A stretch of DNA of 55,118 nucleotides, from NCBI GenBank assembly GCA_024277955.1, contig JAJRUE010000057.1:1-55118 (forward strand), given 5' to 3'. Positions 16,046 to 25,190 of the stretch are shown here, one piece after another (position 1 is the stretch's first letter; every line of letters starts with the position of its first letter). Below the pieces are notes generated by a model, which saw only the letters and a list, made by a program, of their open reading frames with translations, searched no databases and had not been told where the DNA came from. The stretch is from Alphaproteobacteria bacterium. GTDB lineage: Bacteria; Pseudomonadota; Alphaproteobacteria; Rhodobacterales; Rhodobacteraceae. A program made the position numbers and the translations under genes.

Positions 16046-17947
16046 ATGCAGGAACCGGGACAGAAGCCGGGCCGGAAACCGGCGCAGGGCGCGGGCGCTG
16101 GCGCTGGCGGGGACGCGGGCAAGGACGCGAAGCCGAGTGCCGGTGCGGGTGCGGGCAAGGGCGAGAAGTCGAGTGCCGGTGCGGGCGCAGGCGCGGGCAA
16201 GGCCGGGGCGACGGGGCGCGGTGCCGGAAGGCGCGCCGGCACCGGGGCTGGCAAGGGCGGCGAGGCTGCCGGGGTCTCGCCGCTGGCGGGGCAGCTTGAC
16301 CGGTGGCTGTGCGCCTGCCGCGACGGCTGGCTGGTGCTGCGCCGGCGCGGGTCCAGCCAGGTGCAGTTCTGGTTCATCGCGCTTGCGGTGGGCACCGCGG
16401 CGGGCTTTGCCGCGCTGGGCTTCCGGCTGGGCATCGCCGCGCTGCAACGTTTCGTCTACGGCGCTGAAGACCTGCACAAGCTGCACACATTCGCCCAGAC
16501 CCTGCCGTGGTACTGGATCCTGGCGGTGCCGACGCTGGGCGGGCTGGCGGTGGGGATCATCCTGACCCGGTTCACCGATGACGGGGTGGTGCGTTCGGTC
16601 GCCGACGTGATCGAGGGCGCGGCGCTCAACGAAGGCCGCGTCGAAACCCGCGAAGGCCTGGCTTCGGCGCTGGCCTCGCTGATCACGCTGTCTTCGGGCG
16701 GCTCTTCCGGGCGCGAAGGCCCGGTGGTGCACCTGGCGGCGGTGATTTCCACCTGGGTGTCGAACCGGATTTCCGCCAGCGGCATGACCGCGCGCGACCT
16801 GCTGGGCTGCGCGGTGGCGGGCGCGGTGTCGGCCAGTTTCAACGCCCCGATCGCGGGCGCGCTTTTCGCGCTCGAGGTGGTGCTGCGCCACTTTGCGGTG
16901 CATGCCTTTGCGCCGATCGCCATTGCCTCGGTCGCGGGCACGCTGGTCAGCCGGCTGCAGTTCGGCAATATCACCGAGTTTACCCTGCCGGTGGACGGAA
17001 TGCTGCGCTTTCACGCCGAACTGCCGGCCTTCATGATCCTCGGGCTGATGAGCGGGCTGGTGGCGGTGGTGCTGATGAAGGCGGTGTTCTGGGCCGACGA
17101 TTTCGGCAGCTGGGTGCAGGCGCGCATCCGCCTGCCCGGCTGGGGCCGCCCGGCGGTGGCCGGCGCGCTGCTGGGGGGGATGGCGATCGCCTTTCCGCAT
17201 ATCATCGGGGTGGGTTATGAAACCACGTCGCGCGCGCTGACCGGCGATCTGGTGCTGGGGGCGGCGATCGTCTTTGCGGTGGTCAAGGTGGTGGCGGTGT
17301 CGCTGACCATGGCCGGGCGGATGGGCGGCGGGATCTTTTCGCCTTCGCTGATGGTGGGGGCGCTGTTCGGGCTGGCCTTTGGCTATGTGGCGACCGGGGT
17401 TTTTCCCAACGCTTCGGGGTCGGAAACGCTTTATGCGCTGGCCGGGATGGGGGCGGTGGCGGCGGCGGTGCTTGGGGCGCCGATCTCGACCACGCTGATC
17501 GTGTTCGAGCTGACCGGCGACTGGCAGACCGGGCTGGCGGTGATGGTGGCGGTGTCGCTGTCGACGGCGCTGGCCAGCCGGATGGTCGACCGGTCGTTCT
17601 TTCTGACCCTGCTGGAGCGCAGGAACGTGCACCTGGCGGCCGGCCCGCAGGCCTATCTGCTGGCCACCGTGGGCTGCGGCAAGGTGATGCGTCCGCGCGC
17701 CGAGATGCGCGAAAGCGAGATTGACGCGAGCTGGGATCTGATCGAGCAGGGCATTTACATCGACGGCAACGCCACGCTGGAACGCGCCATGCCGATTTTC
17801 GAGCGCGCCAATGTGGCCTTTTTGCCGGTGGTGACGCTGCCGGGCGAAGACGCGCCGCCGGAATTGTGGGGGGCGGTCTGGCAGGTGGATGCACTCAAGG
17901 CGTTCAACCGGGCGCTGGCGGAAACCGCCGCCGAGGAGCATTCCTGA
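16046..17947 (+). CDS. ClC-family chloride channel/antiporter with C-terminal CBS-like region
   Basis: ClC motifs SSGREGPVVHL and GAPISTTLIVFELTG with many TM helices. The ATG at 16046 adds a ~95-aa G/A/K-rich extension. An in-frame GTG at 16334 (VLRRRGSSQVQFWFIALAVG) would give a family-typical N-terminus. Confidence 0.88.
   Translation: MQEPGQKPGRKPAQGAGAGAGGDAGKDAKPSAGAGAGKGEKSSAGAGAGAGKAGATGRGAGRRAGTGAGKGGEAAGVSPLAGQLDRWLCACRDGWLVLRRRGSSQVQFWFIALAVGTAAGFAALGFRLGIAALQRFVYGAEDLHKLHTFAQTLPWYWILAVPTLGGLAVGIILTRFTDDGVVRSVADVIEGAALNEGRVETREGLASALASLITLSSGGSSGREGPVVHLAAVISTWVSNRISASGMTARDLLGCAVAGAVSASFNAPIAGALFALEVVLRHFAVHAFAPIAIASVAGTLVSRLQFGNITEFTLPVDGMLRFHAELPAFMILGLMSGLVAVVLMKAVFWADDFGSWVQARIRLPGWGRPAVAGALLGGMAIAFPHIIGVGYETTSRALTGDLVLGAAIVFAVVKVVAVSLTMAGRMGGGIFSPSLMVGALFGLAFGYVATGVFPNASGSETLYALAGMGAVAAAVLGAPISTTLIVFELTGDWQTGLAVMVAVSLSTALASRMVDRSFFLTLLERRNVHLAAGPQAYLLATVGCGKVMRPRAEMRESEIDASWDLIEQGIYIDGNATLERAMPIFERANVAFLPVVTLPGEDAPPELWGAVWQVDALKAFNRALAETAAEEHS
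16130..16207 (+). repeat. Imperfect tandem repeat inside the 5' extension of the ClC gene
   Basis: aagccgagtgccggtgcgggtgcgggcaagggcgag followed by aagtcgagtgccggtgcgggcgcaggcgcgggcaaggccggg. These encode KPSAGAGAGKGE and [14 protein letters not shown]. Confidence 0.85.
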
Positions 17948-18003
17948 GCGGCGAGCGGTCAGGCGCCGCGAGGTCAGGCGGCGGGGCACAGGTGGGGGCT
18001 GTC

Positions 18004-18031
18004 AAAAGGTGCGCCTTGCGGCGCATTTTTT
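18004..18031 (+). terminator. Rho-independent terminator after the ClC gene
   Basis: aaaaggTGCGCC-ttgc-GGCGCAtttttt. Stem-loop plus a 6-T run, 57 nt after the stop. Confidence 0.7.
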
Positions 18032-18074
18032 CTTGTCTTGTCCCCGCTGGCGCGGGGACGCTCCGCTCCGCTTG

Positions 18075-18099
18075 GGGGATATTTTCGGACAGAAGAAGG
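18075..18099 (+). repeat. REP2-family repeat copy
   Basis: gggGGATATTTTCGGACAGAAGAAgg, immediately downstream of the LysE-family gene stop. Confidence 0.7.
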
Positions 18100-18100
18100 C

Positions 18101-18688
18101 TCAGAGTTTCGAACTGGTCAGTTTCACCCCCAGCGCGACCAGCATCCCGCCCAGCACCCGGTCGAGCCAGGCGCCCAGCCGCGGTCTGGAGCGCAGCGCC
18201 GCGGTCAGCCGGTCGCCGGCGATCACCAGAACCGGCTCGATAAAGGCGGCCGTGACGATGATCAGCAGCCCGCGCAGGAACAGCTGCGCCGGGACCGGGC
18301 CGGCGCCGGGCACCACGAATTGCGGCAGGAAGGCCAGGAAGAAGATCGCCACCTTGGGGTTGAGCGCCGGGATCAGCATGGCCTGGCGAAACACCGCCGG
18401 CAGGTTTTCGGCGCGCTTTTCGGTGTCGCCCACCAGCCGCCCGCCGCCCGAGCGCAGCGCCTGGATGCCCAGCCAGATCAGGTAGGCGGCGCCGGCCCAT
18501 TTCACCAGCGAACACGCCAGCGCCGAGGTCGCCAGGATCGCCGACAGACCCACCGCCGCCGCCAGCACATGCCCGAAGGCGCCGGTCCAGATGCCGAACA
18601 TGGCGGCAAAGCCCGCGCGCCGGCCGCCGGCCACGGTGCGCCCCAGGACAAAGGCGATGTCGGGCCCCGGCGCCAGGTTCAGCAGCAC
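18101..18688 (-). CDS. LysE/RhtB-family amino-acid exporter
   Basis: Motifs NLAPGPD and LNPKVAIFFLAFLPQF with about 6 TM segments. The only canonical start (GTG 18688) leaves just 5 residues before the PGP motif. The open frame continues to a CTG at 18739 (see findings). Confidence 0.85.
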   Translation of the reverse strand: MLLNLAPGPDIAFVLGRTVAGGRRAGFAAMFGIWTGAFGHVLAAAVGLSAILATSALACSLVKWAGAAYLIWLGIQALRSGGGRLVGDTEKRAENLPAVFRQAMLIPALNPKVAIFFLAFLPQFVVPGAGPVPAQLFLRGLLIIVTAAFIEPVLVIAGDRLTAALRSRPRLGAWLDRVLGGMLVALGVKLTSSKL

Positions 18689-18735
18689 CGCGGCGCTCAG
18701 GAAGGTTGTCCAGTGCAGCAGCGAATAGTCGAACG

Positions 18736-19086
18736 TCAGACCTGCTCGACCGTTGCCTTGTCCGGGTAGAAGGCCAGGTGGCCGGCGATCGCCTCGATCC
18801 CGTCCTTCGGGTTTTCGTAGGACCAGCCGGCGTCCTTGATCAGGACCGATTTGGTTTGGATCGAGAAATAGGTGGCATCGCCCTTGTGCGGGCAGTGCGA
18901 CGTGGTGTCGGACGGTTCCAGCATCGCCATCGCGATGTTTTCACGGGGAAAATAGATCACCGGCGGGTTCTGGCCTTCGATCAGTTCCAGTGCGTTTCTG
19001 GTCTCCCCCAGCACCGCGCCGCCGGCACGCAGAACCCAGGTGCCGCCCGCCGGGCGGATCTTGATGTAGTCGTCCATGTCTCTCAT
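18736..19086 (-). CDS. DUF427 domain protein
   Basis: 116-aa ORF with a DUF427-like core (VIYFPRENI...SHCPHKGDATYFS...AFYPDK). Confidence 0.8.
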   Translation of the reverse strand: MRDMDDYIKIRPAGGTWVLRAGGAVLGETRNALELIEGQNPPVIYFPRENIAMAMLEPSDTTSHCPHKGDATYFSIQTKSVLIKDAGWSYENPKDGIEAIAGHLAFYPDKATVEQV

Positions 19087-19135
19087 CCCTTGATTTGCGC
19101 GCAGCTTAATCGGGTTTGCGCTAACAGAAAAGGGG

Positions 19136-20929
19136 TCAGATCGGCGCGCATGCCCGGTCCAGCCAGGCCGCCGCCGCCGGGCTGACCCGCGGAGCGATGC
19201 GCGCCGCCACCTGTTGGTGATAGGTGTTGAGCCAGTCGCGTTCGCCCGCCGACAGCATCGCGGGGTCGATCAGCCGCCGCTCGATCGGCACCCAGGTGAG
19301 GGTTTCGAACCCCAGCATGTCGCGCTCATCCGCGCCGGCCAGCGGTTCGGCGGCGCGCACCACCACCAGGTTTTCAGTGCGGATGCCAAAGGCGCCTTCG
19401 CGGTAATATCCCGGCTCGTTCGACAGGATCATGCCCTCTTCCAGCGGCACTTCGGACAGGCGCGACAACCGCTGCGGCCCCTCGTGGACGCACAGGTAAA
19501 CCCCGACCCCGTGGCCGGTGCCGTGGTCGTAATCCTGGCCCGCGAGCCACAGCGGATAGCGCGCCAGCGCGTCCAGATCGCGCCCGGCAAGCCCGCGCGG
19601 CCAGCGCAGCCGGCTGATCGCGATCATCCCCTGCAGGACGCGGGTGAAGGCGGCGCGTTCTTCGGGGCCTGCTTTGCCCATGACCACGGTGCGGGTGATG
19701 TCGGTGGTGCCGTCGAAATACTGCCCGCCGCTGTCGATCACGATCAGCTCGCCCGGCTGCACGATGCGGTTCGAGCCCTCGCTCACCCGGTAGTGCGGCA
19801 GGGCCCCGTGCGCGCCCGAGCCACAGATCGTTTCAAAGGAGATATCCCGCAAGGCATTGGTATCTCGGCGAAATTCCTCGAGCCGGCGAACGATCGAGAT
19901 CTCGTCGATCTCGCCCGTCAGCGCGCCGTCGAGCCAGCACAGGAATTCGACCATCGCCGCGCCGTCGCGCAGATGCGCGCCCCGCGTGCCGGTGATTTCC
20001 ACGTCGTTCTTGCGCGCCTTGGGCAGCACGCAGGGATCCTGGGCGCGCGCCAGATCCACCCCGGCCCGGCCCAGCAGATCGGCCACCGCCAGCGGTACGC
20101 TGGACTTGTCCAGCCGCACCGGACCTTCCAGCGCCGCCAGCGCCGCCTCGAAGTCTTCGAACGGGCGCAGCGCCACCGCCGCCCCCAGATCGACGCCGGA
20201 AAACTTGCCGACATCGGAAAACAGCGCCACCCGGGCGTCGTCGTGCAGGATCGCAAAGGCCTGCACGACCGGGTTGCGCTCGATATCGGCGCCGCGGATG
20301 TTCAGCAGCCAGCAGATCGAGTCGGGCAGGGTGATCACCGCCGCCCGCTGCCCCGCCGCGCGCAGATCCGCCGCCAGCCGCGCCCGCTTGTCGGCGGCGC
20401 TTTCGCCGGCAAGCTCGACCGGATAATCCACCACCGCGCCCATCGGCCGCCCCGGCTGGTCCTCCCAGACCGCGTCCACCAGGTTGTCGGTTGCCACCAT
20501 CTCGATGCCCGAGCCATCCAGCGCCGCGCGCAGCGTTTCGATTTCAGCCAGAGTGTGCAGCCAGGGGTCGAAACCCACCCGGCCGCCGTCCGCCAGCGCG
20601 TCGCGCAGCCAGTCGGCCAGCTTGACCTCGGGCCAGTCCACCGGCTCGTAAACCGTCCCGTCCACCTGGGCGCGCACCTGCACCCGGTAGCGGCCATCGA
20701 CGAACACCCCGGCGCGCCCGAGCAGGGCGGCGCAAAACCCCGCCGAGCCGGTAAAGCCGGTCAGCCAGGACAGACGCGCATCGCGCGGCGCGACGTATTC
20801 GCCCTGAAAGGCGTCGGCGCGGGGCACCAGAAAACCGTCCAGCCCGGCCCCGCGGATCGCCCCGCGCAGCGCCGCCAGCCGCGCCGGCCCCGCCGCCGGG
20901 TTGCTGGTCTCTTCGAAACTCTGAAACAT
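19136..20929 (-). CDS. Aminopeptidase P family (M24B Xaa-Pro aminopeptidase)
   Basis: 597-aa ORF. The C-terminal pita-bread fold carries metal ligands (DSGGQY, HGTGHGVG, SNEPGYY, TENLVVV). Confidence 0.9.
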   Translation of the reverse strand: MFQSFEETSNPAAGPARLAALRGAIRGAGLDGFLVPRADAFQGEYVAPRDARLSWLTGFTGSAGFCAALLGRAGVFVDGRYRVQVRAQVDGTVYEPVDWPEVKLADWLRDALADGGRVGFDPWLHTLAEIETLRAALDGSGIEMVATDNLVDAVWEDQPGRPMGAVVDYPVELAGESAADKRARLAADLRAAGQRAAVITLPDSICWLLNIRGADIERNPVVQAFAILHDDARVALFSDVGKFSGVDLGAAVALRPFEDFEAALAALEGPVRLDKSSVPLAVADLLGRAGVDLARAQDPCVLPKARKNDVEITGTRGAHLRDGAAMVEFLCWLDGALTGEIDEISIVRRLEEFRRDTNALRDISFETICGSGAHGALPHYRVSEGSNRIVQPGELIVIDSGGQYFDGTTDITRTVVMGKAGPEERAAFTRVLQGMIAISRLRWPRGLAGRDLDALARYPLWLAGQDYDHGTGHGVGVYLCVHEGPQRLSRLSEVPLEEGMILSNEPGYYREGAFGIRTENLVVVRAAEPLAGADERDMLGFETLTWVPIERRLIDPAMLSAGERDWLNTYHQQVAARIAPRVSPAAAAWLDRACAPI

Positions 20930-21053
20930 CTCGCCCCTCGCTTGCCTGACCCGGCCTGCGCCGGCGGCCCGAAAAGAGCACCCCTTGGCCGCAGGGGCAA
21001 GAGGGGCAAGCCCCGGTGCCGGCCAATTCGCCCGGCGCGGGGTGCGAAACGCC

Positions 21054-21595
21054 TCAGCCCGCCGCTTCGAAGGCCGCGCTCATCCAGCCGCGCAGTTCGT
21101 CATCCACCTCGCCCGGCGCCGTCACCGCGACCTTGTGCGTGCACATGCCGCCCACCGCCTTGAGCCGTTCGCTGCCCGGATGGCCCTTCAGGTTGATCCC
21201 CACATCGACGCGGGTCTTCGTTTTCGGCTCGACCAGCACGAACTGCTTATTGCGCCGGAAACCGACCCCGGTCTTTTTCGGAGCAATCTCGTAATCGCCG
21301 CCGATGCCGGCGATGAAGGCGGCGATTTCCTCGTAAATCGGGCGCGGATGCTGCTTGCCGGCATATTGCGCCTCGATCAGCGCGTCGCCGTCCATCTCGC
21401 CGGAAATCGCACTCCGCGCCGCAAGCGTCACCAGATTGGCGAAGCCATGCGTCAGCCCATGTTCTTTGTTCAGGAAATTCCGTATCTTGCCATGCTTTCC
21501 TCGCCAGAGCCCTTGGCGATCGCCACCCATTCGGCGCGGCCCTTGCCGGTCTTTTCCTGCAGGCTGGCAAACATCTTGTCGGCTTCCTCGGACAC
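21054..21595 (-). pseudogene. DUF4287/DUF5655 protein gene interrupted by a frameshift
   Basis: The N-terminal piece (GTG 21595; VSEEADKMFASLQEKTGKGRAEWVAIAKGSGEE) stops at 21470. The family sequence continues in another frame (KHGKIRNFLNKEHGLTHGFANLV...DUF5655 C-terminus) down to 21054. One extra A in the run at 21496-21498 would fuse the two pieces. Confidence 0.7.
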
Positions 21596-21674
21596 CGCTT
21601 TTCTCCCTGTTGCGCAAGGACAAGCCTGCCACAGCCAGGCCGATCCGGCAAATTCCGCCAACCACCGCCCCAAT

Positions 21675-21706
21675 TCTTCTGTCCAAAAATATCCCCGCCG
21701 GAGGCA
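21675..21706 (-). repeat. REP2-family repeat copy (full-length arm, inverted orientation)
   Basis: TTCTTCTGTCCAAAAATATCCCCGCCGGAGGCA, located between the cobT stop and the DUF4287 gene start. Confidence 0.8.
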
Positions 21707-21714
21707 AGGCAAGC

Positions 21715-23583
21715 TCAGCTTGCCTTTCTGATCCCCAGCACCCGCGCCCGCGCCCGCGGGTCGGCGTCGAACAGCACCGCCAGCTGTTCGGTCATCACCC
21801 CGGCCAGCTGTTCCACATCGGTGATCGTCACCGCGCGTTCGTAATAGCGCGTCACGTCATGGCCGATGCCGATCGCCAGCAGTTCCACCTGCTTGCGCCG
21901 CTCGATCATCGCGATCACGTCGCGCAGGTGCTTTTCCAGGTAGTTCGCCGGGTTCACCGAAAGGGTCGAGTCATCCACTGGCGCGCCATCGCTGATCACC
22001 ATCATGATCTTGCGCGCCTCGTTGCGCACCACCAGCCGCCGGTGGGCCCATTCCAGCGCCTCGCCGTCGATGTTTTCCTTCAGCAGGCCTTCCTTCATCA
22101 TCAGCCCCAGGTTGGGCCGAGTCCGCCGCCACGGCGCGTCCGCCGCCTTGTAGATGATGTGGCGCAGATCGTTCAGCCGCCCGGGCTGCTGTTCGCGCCC
22201 GCCGCTCAGCCATTCCTCGCGCGACTGCCCGCCCTTCCAGGCGCGGGTGGTGAAACCGAGGATCTCCACCTTCACGTCGCAACGTTCCAGCGTGCGTGCC
22301 AGCACATCGGCGCAGATCGCCGCGATCGAGATCGGCCGCCCGCGCATCGAGCCGGAATTGTCCAGCAGAAGCGTCACCACAGTATCCTTGAACTCGGTGT
22401 CCTTTTCCTGCTTGAAGCTCAGCGGGGTCGTCGGGTTCGCCACCACCCGCGCCAGGCGCCCGGCGTCCAGAATGCCCTCTTCCAGATCGAATTCCCAACT
22501 GCGGTTCTGCTGCGCCTGCAAGCGCCGCATCAGCTTGTTGGCCAGCCGCCCCACCGCGCCCTTGAGCGGTTCGAGCTGCTGGTCCAGATAGGCCCGCAGG
22601 CGTTCCAGTTCCGCCGGCTCGGCCAGATCCTCGGCCTTGATTTCCTCGTCATGGGCGTCCTGGTAGACCCGGTAGTCCGGGTCGGCCTCGCTCACCGGCA
22701 TCGGCGCCGGCGGGTCCATCGGCGCTTCGCCCTCGGGCAGCTCGGTCTCGTCGCCCATCTCGCTGTCGTCGGCATCGTCCAGCGTGACTTCGGCCTGGGC
22801 TTCGTCCTGGCTGTCTTCCTGGCTCTGCTCGGGGTCGGCGTCGGCCTCTTCGGTGTCGTCCTGATCCTGCTCGCCGGTGCTGTCGGGGCCTTCTTCGTCG
22901 GCCTCGGCCTCATCGTCCTGATCTTCTTCCTGGTCCGGGTCGTCGCCCAGCTGGTCGCCATAGCCCAGATCTTCGATCACCTGCCGGGCAAGGCGCGCGA
23001 AAGCCGCCTGGTCGGCCAAGGTTTCGTCAAGGTTGCCAAGGGTTTCCCCAGCGTTCTTGTCAAGGAATTCGCGCCAGATCTGCAGCACGTTTTCGGCGCC
23101 CTCGGGCAGATCGCGCCCGGTGGCCAGCTGGCGCACCAGATAGCCCGCCGCGTCCGGCAGCGGCACCTGGCTGCGGTCGCGGGCCTGATCGTAGCCCTTG
23201 CGCGCCACCTCGTCGGCGATCTTGGCGTCGATGTTGCCGGCGGTGCCGGGCATCTCGCGCGCGCCCAGCGCCTCGCAGCGCGCCGCGTCCATGGCGTCGT
23301 AGATCGCGCGCGCCAGTTCGCCCTGCGGCTGGTAGCGGGCGAATGTTGCCGGGTCGCGATACTTGCGCTGCATGGCAAAGGCATCGGCGGTGCCGCGTGC
23401 CAGCAGCACCTCGTCGCGGCTCATTCGGCGGCTGACCTGAGGCAGGCGCACCGCATCCGCGGTCTGACCCGGCGGGTCCACCGAAAAGCTTACCGCCAGA
23501 TCGGGGTCGTCGGCCAGCACCCGGGTCGCTTCGGAAAGCGCCTTTTTGAACGGGTCCGCCGGGTTGTCGTTTTTCGTGTTCAT
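21715..23583 (-). CDS. cobT: CobT-like protein (vWA domain; cobaltochelatase CobT family)
   Basis: CobT-type N-terminus ([24 protein letters not shown]), a long acidic block ([15 protein letters not shown]...) and a C-terminal vWA/MIDAS domain ([14 protein letters not shown]). The ATG at 23581-23583 overlaps the upstream stop. Confidence 0.9.
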   Translation of the reverse strand: MNTKNDNPADPFKKALSEATRVLADDPDLAVSFSVDPPGQTADAVRLPQVSRRMSRDEVLLARGTADAFAMQRKYRDPATFARYQPQGELARAIYDAMDAARCEALGAREMPGTAGNIDAKIADEVARKGYDQARDRSQVPLPDAAGYLVRQLATGRDLPEGAENVLQIWREFLDKNAGETLGNLDETLADQAAFARLARQVIEDLGYGDQLGDDPDQEEDQDDEAEADEEGPDSTGEQDQDDTEEADADPEQSQEDSQDEAQAEVTLDDADDSEMGDETELPEGEAPMDPPAPMPVSEADPDYRVYQDAHDEEIKAEDLAEPAELERLRAYLDQQLEPLKGAVGRLANKLMRRLQAQQNRSWEFDLEEGILDAGRLARVVANPTTPLSFKQEKDTEFKDTVVTLLLDNSGSMRGRPISIAAICADVLARTLERCDVKVEILGFTTRAWKGGQSREEWLSGGREQQPGRLNDLRHIIYKAADAPWRRTRPNLGLMMKEGLLKENIDGEALEWAHRRLVVRNEARKIMMVISDGAPVDDSTLSVNPANYLEKHLRDVIAMIERRKQVELLAIGIGHDVTRYYERAVTITDVEQLAGVMTEQLAVLFDADPRARARVLGIRKAS

Positions 23584-24101
23584 CGGTTTGCCAGCCTCTG
23601 GCACCAGTTGATGCGCCGCCCGCCGTCATAGGGGACGGCCAGCCCTTCGGCCACCATGATGTCGGCCAGCGGCCGCCCGTCAAGGGTCAGTTCCAGCAGC
23701 AGGCGGCCGTATTTGCCGGTGCCGTGGGTGCGCTGGCCGATGTCCTGCGCCGCGTTCAGAAGCTGGGCCAGCCGCGCCTTGGCCAGCTCGCCCAGGGCCT
23801 GTTCGCGCGCGCAGCCCGGTCGCCAGGTTTCCGGCGTGTCGAAGCCGGTCAGGCGCGCGGTGATCACCGCGCCGGTCGAGGGCTGGCGCAGCTTGATCGT
23901 GTCGCCATCAACGATGCGCACGATTTCGGCCACCGGATGCGCCCGGTTCGGGATCGCCGGCAGCCGGGTGATCGCCACCGCGGTGCAGCCGGCCAGGAAC
24001 AGTGCCAGCCCCAGGGCCGGCAAGCGCCACCCCGCCGTCCGCCAGCCGCCGCCAGCGCCGCGACCGTCGGCACCGGAAGATGTGGCGCGCGCGTCCCTCA
24101 C
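23580..24101 (-). CDS. Thermonuclease (SNase)-family lipoprotein
   Basis: Lipobox LALFLAGC and SNase motifs VDGDTIKL and RLTGFDTPE. The GTG at 24099-24101 overlaps the cobS TGA (GTGA). Its own TGA at 23580-23582 overlaps the cobT ATG (ATGA). The start choice is inferred from that overlap. Confidence 0.78.
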   Translation of the reverse strand: MRDARATSSGADGRGAGGGWRTAGWRLPALGLALFLAGCTAVAITRLPAIPNRAHPVAEIVRIVDGDTIKLRQPSTGAVITARLTGFDTPETWRPGCAREQALGELAKARLAQLLNAAQDIGQRTHGTGKYGRLLLELTLDGRPLADIMVAEGLAVPYDGGRRINWCQRLANR

Positions 24102-25084
24102 CCCAGCGCCGCGCTCGCGGCGCTTTCCGGCAGTTCCTCGTCGAAACAGCGCTGGTAGAACTCGGCCACGGTCTGGCGTTCCAGTTCGTCGCACTTGTTC
24201 AGAAATGACAGCCGGAAGGCATAGCCCACGTTGCGAAAGATGGTGGCGTTCTGCGCCCAGTTGATCACCGTGCGCGGGCTCATCACCGTGGACAGTTCGC
24301 CGTTCATGAAGGCGGTGCGCGTGAGATCCGCCACCGTCACCATCTGCGAGATCGTCCTGCGCCCGCTTTCGGTGTTGTAAACCGGGTTCTTGGCCAGCAC
24401 GATCGCGGTTTCGGCGTCGTGGCTCAGGTAGTTCAGCGTCGCCACCAGCGACCAGCGGTCCATCTGGGCCTGGTTGATCTGCTGGACCCCGTGATAGAGG
24501 CCCGTGGTGTCGCCCAGGCCAACCGTGTTCGAGGTGGCAAACAGCCGGAAATACGGGTGCGGGGTGATGATCTCGTTCTGGTCCAGCAGCGTCAGCTTGC
24601 CGTCATGCTCCAGCACCCGCTGGATCACGAACATCACGTCGGCCCGGCCCGCGTCGTATTCGTCGAACACGATCGCCGTGGCATTGCGCAGCGCCCAGGG
24701 CAGGATGCCTTCCTGGAATTCGGTCACCTGCTTGCCGTCCTTCAGCTTGATCGCGTCCTTGCCGATCAGGTCGATCCGGGAAATGTGGCTGTCCAGGTTG
24801 ACGCGCACCGTCGGCCAGTTCAAACGTGCTGCGACCTGTTCGATATGGGTCGATTTGCCGGTGCCGTGATAGCCTTGGATGATGCAGCGCCGGTTGTGCA
24901 TGAACCCGGCCAGGATCGCCAGCGTGGTGTCGGGATCGAACTTGTAGGTGGCGTCAAAATCCGGCACCCGGTCGGTCTTGTCGGCAAAGCCTTTCACGAT
25001 CATGTCGCTGTCGATGCCAAATGTATCCCGAACAGAGATTTCCTCTGTCGGTTTCGCCTGCATATCCATGGTTCCGTCCGCCAT
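24098..25084 (-). CDS. cobS: CobS-like AAA+ ATPase (MoxR-related; cobaltochelatase CobS family)
   Basis: CobS-type sequence throughout ([12 protein letters not shown], Walker [19 protein letters not shown], Walker B IVFDEYD). The start is taken at ATG 25082-25084 (MADGTMDMQ...). Confidence 0.92.
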   Translation of the reverse strand: MADGTMDMQAKPTEEISVRDTFGIDSDMIVKGFADKTDRVPDFDATYKFDPDTTLAILAGFMHNRRCIIQGYHGTGKSTHIEQVAARLNWPTVRVNLDSHISRIDLIGKDAIKLKDGKQVTEFQEGILPWALRNATAIVFDEYDAGRADVMFVIQRVLEHDGKLTLLDQNEIITPHPYFRLFATSNTVGLGDTTGLYHGVQQINQAQMDRWSLVATLNYLSHDAETAIVLAKNPVYNTESGRRTISQMVTVADLTRTAFMNGELSTVMSPRTVINWAQNATIFRNVGYAFRLSFLNKCDELERQTVAEFYQRCFDEELPESAASAALG

Positions 25085-25190
25085 TGCATTCCTCGGGGGG
25101 GGTGTCAGCTTGCGGTGCAATCCGCCGCTTTGGGGCCGTTTTGCGGGATTATGCGACGAAGGTCAACGCGCGGCGGTGCCAAAAGCCGGG

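Noticed and set aside
15956-17989. Upstream two-thirds of the 1137-aa minus-strand ORF (14576..17989)
   Set aside because: Only the C-terminal 459 aa (from ATG 15955) resemble an FAD-linked oxidase. The remainder is antisense to the ClC channel gene and is low complexity.
21715-25084. Interpreting cobS/cobT as evidence for a cobalamin biosynthesis cluster
   Set aside because: No cobN or any other cob/cbi gene and no B12 riboswitch-like leader is present in the window. The family names are kept, but the pathway assignment is not asserted.
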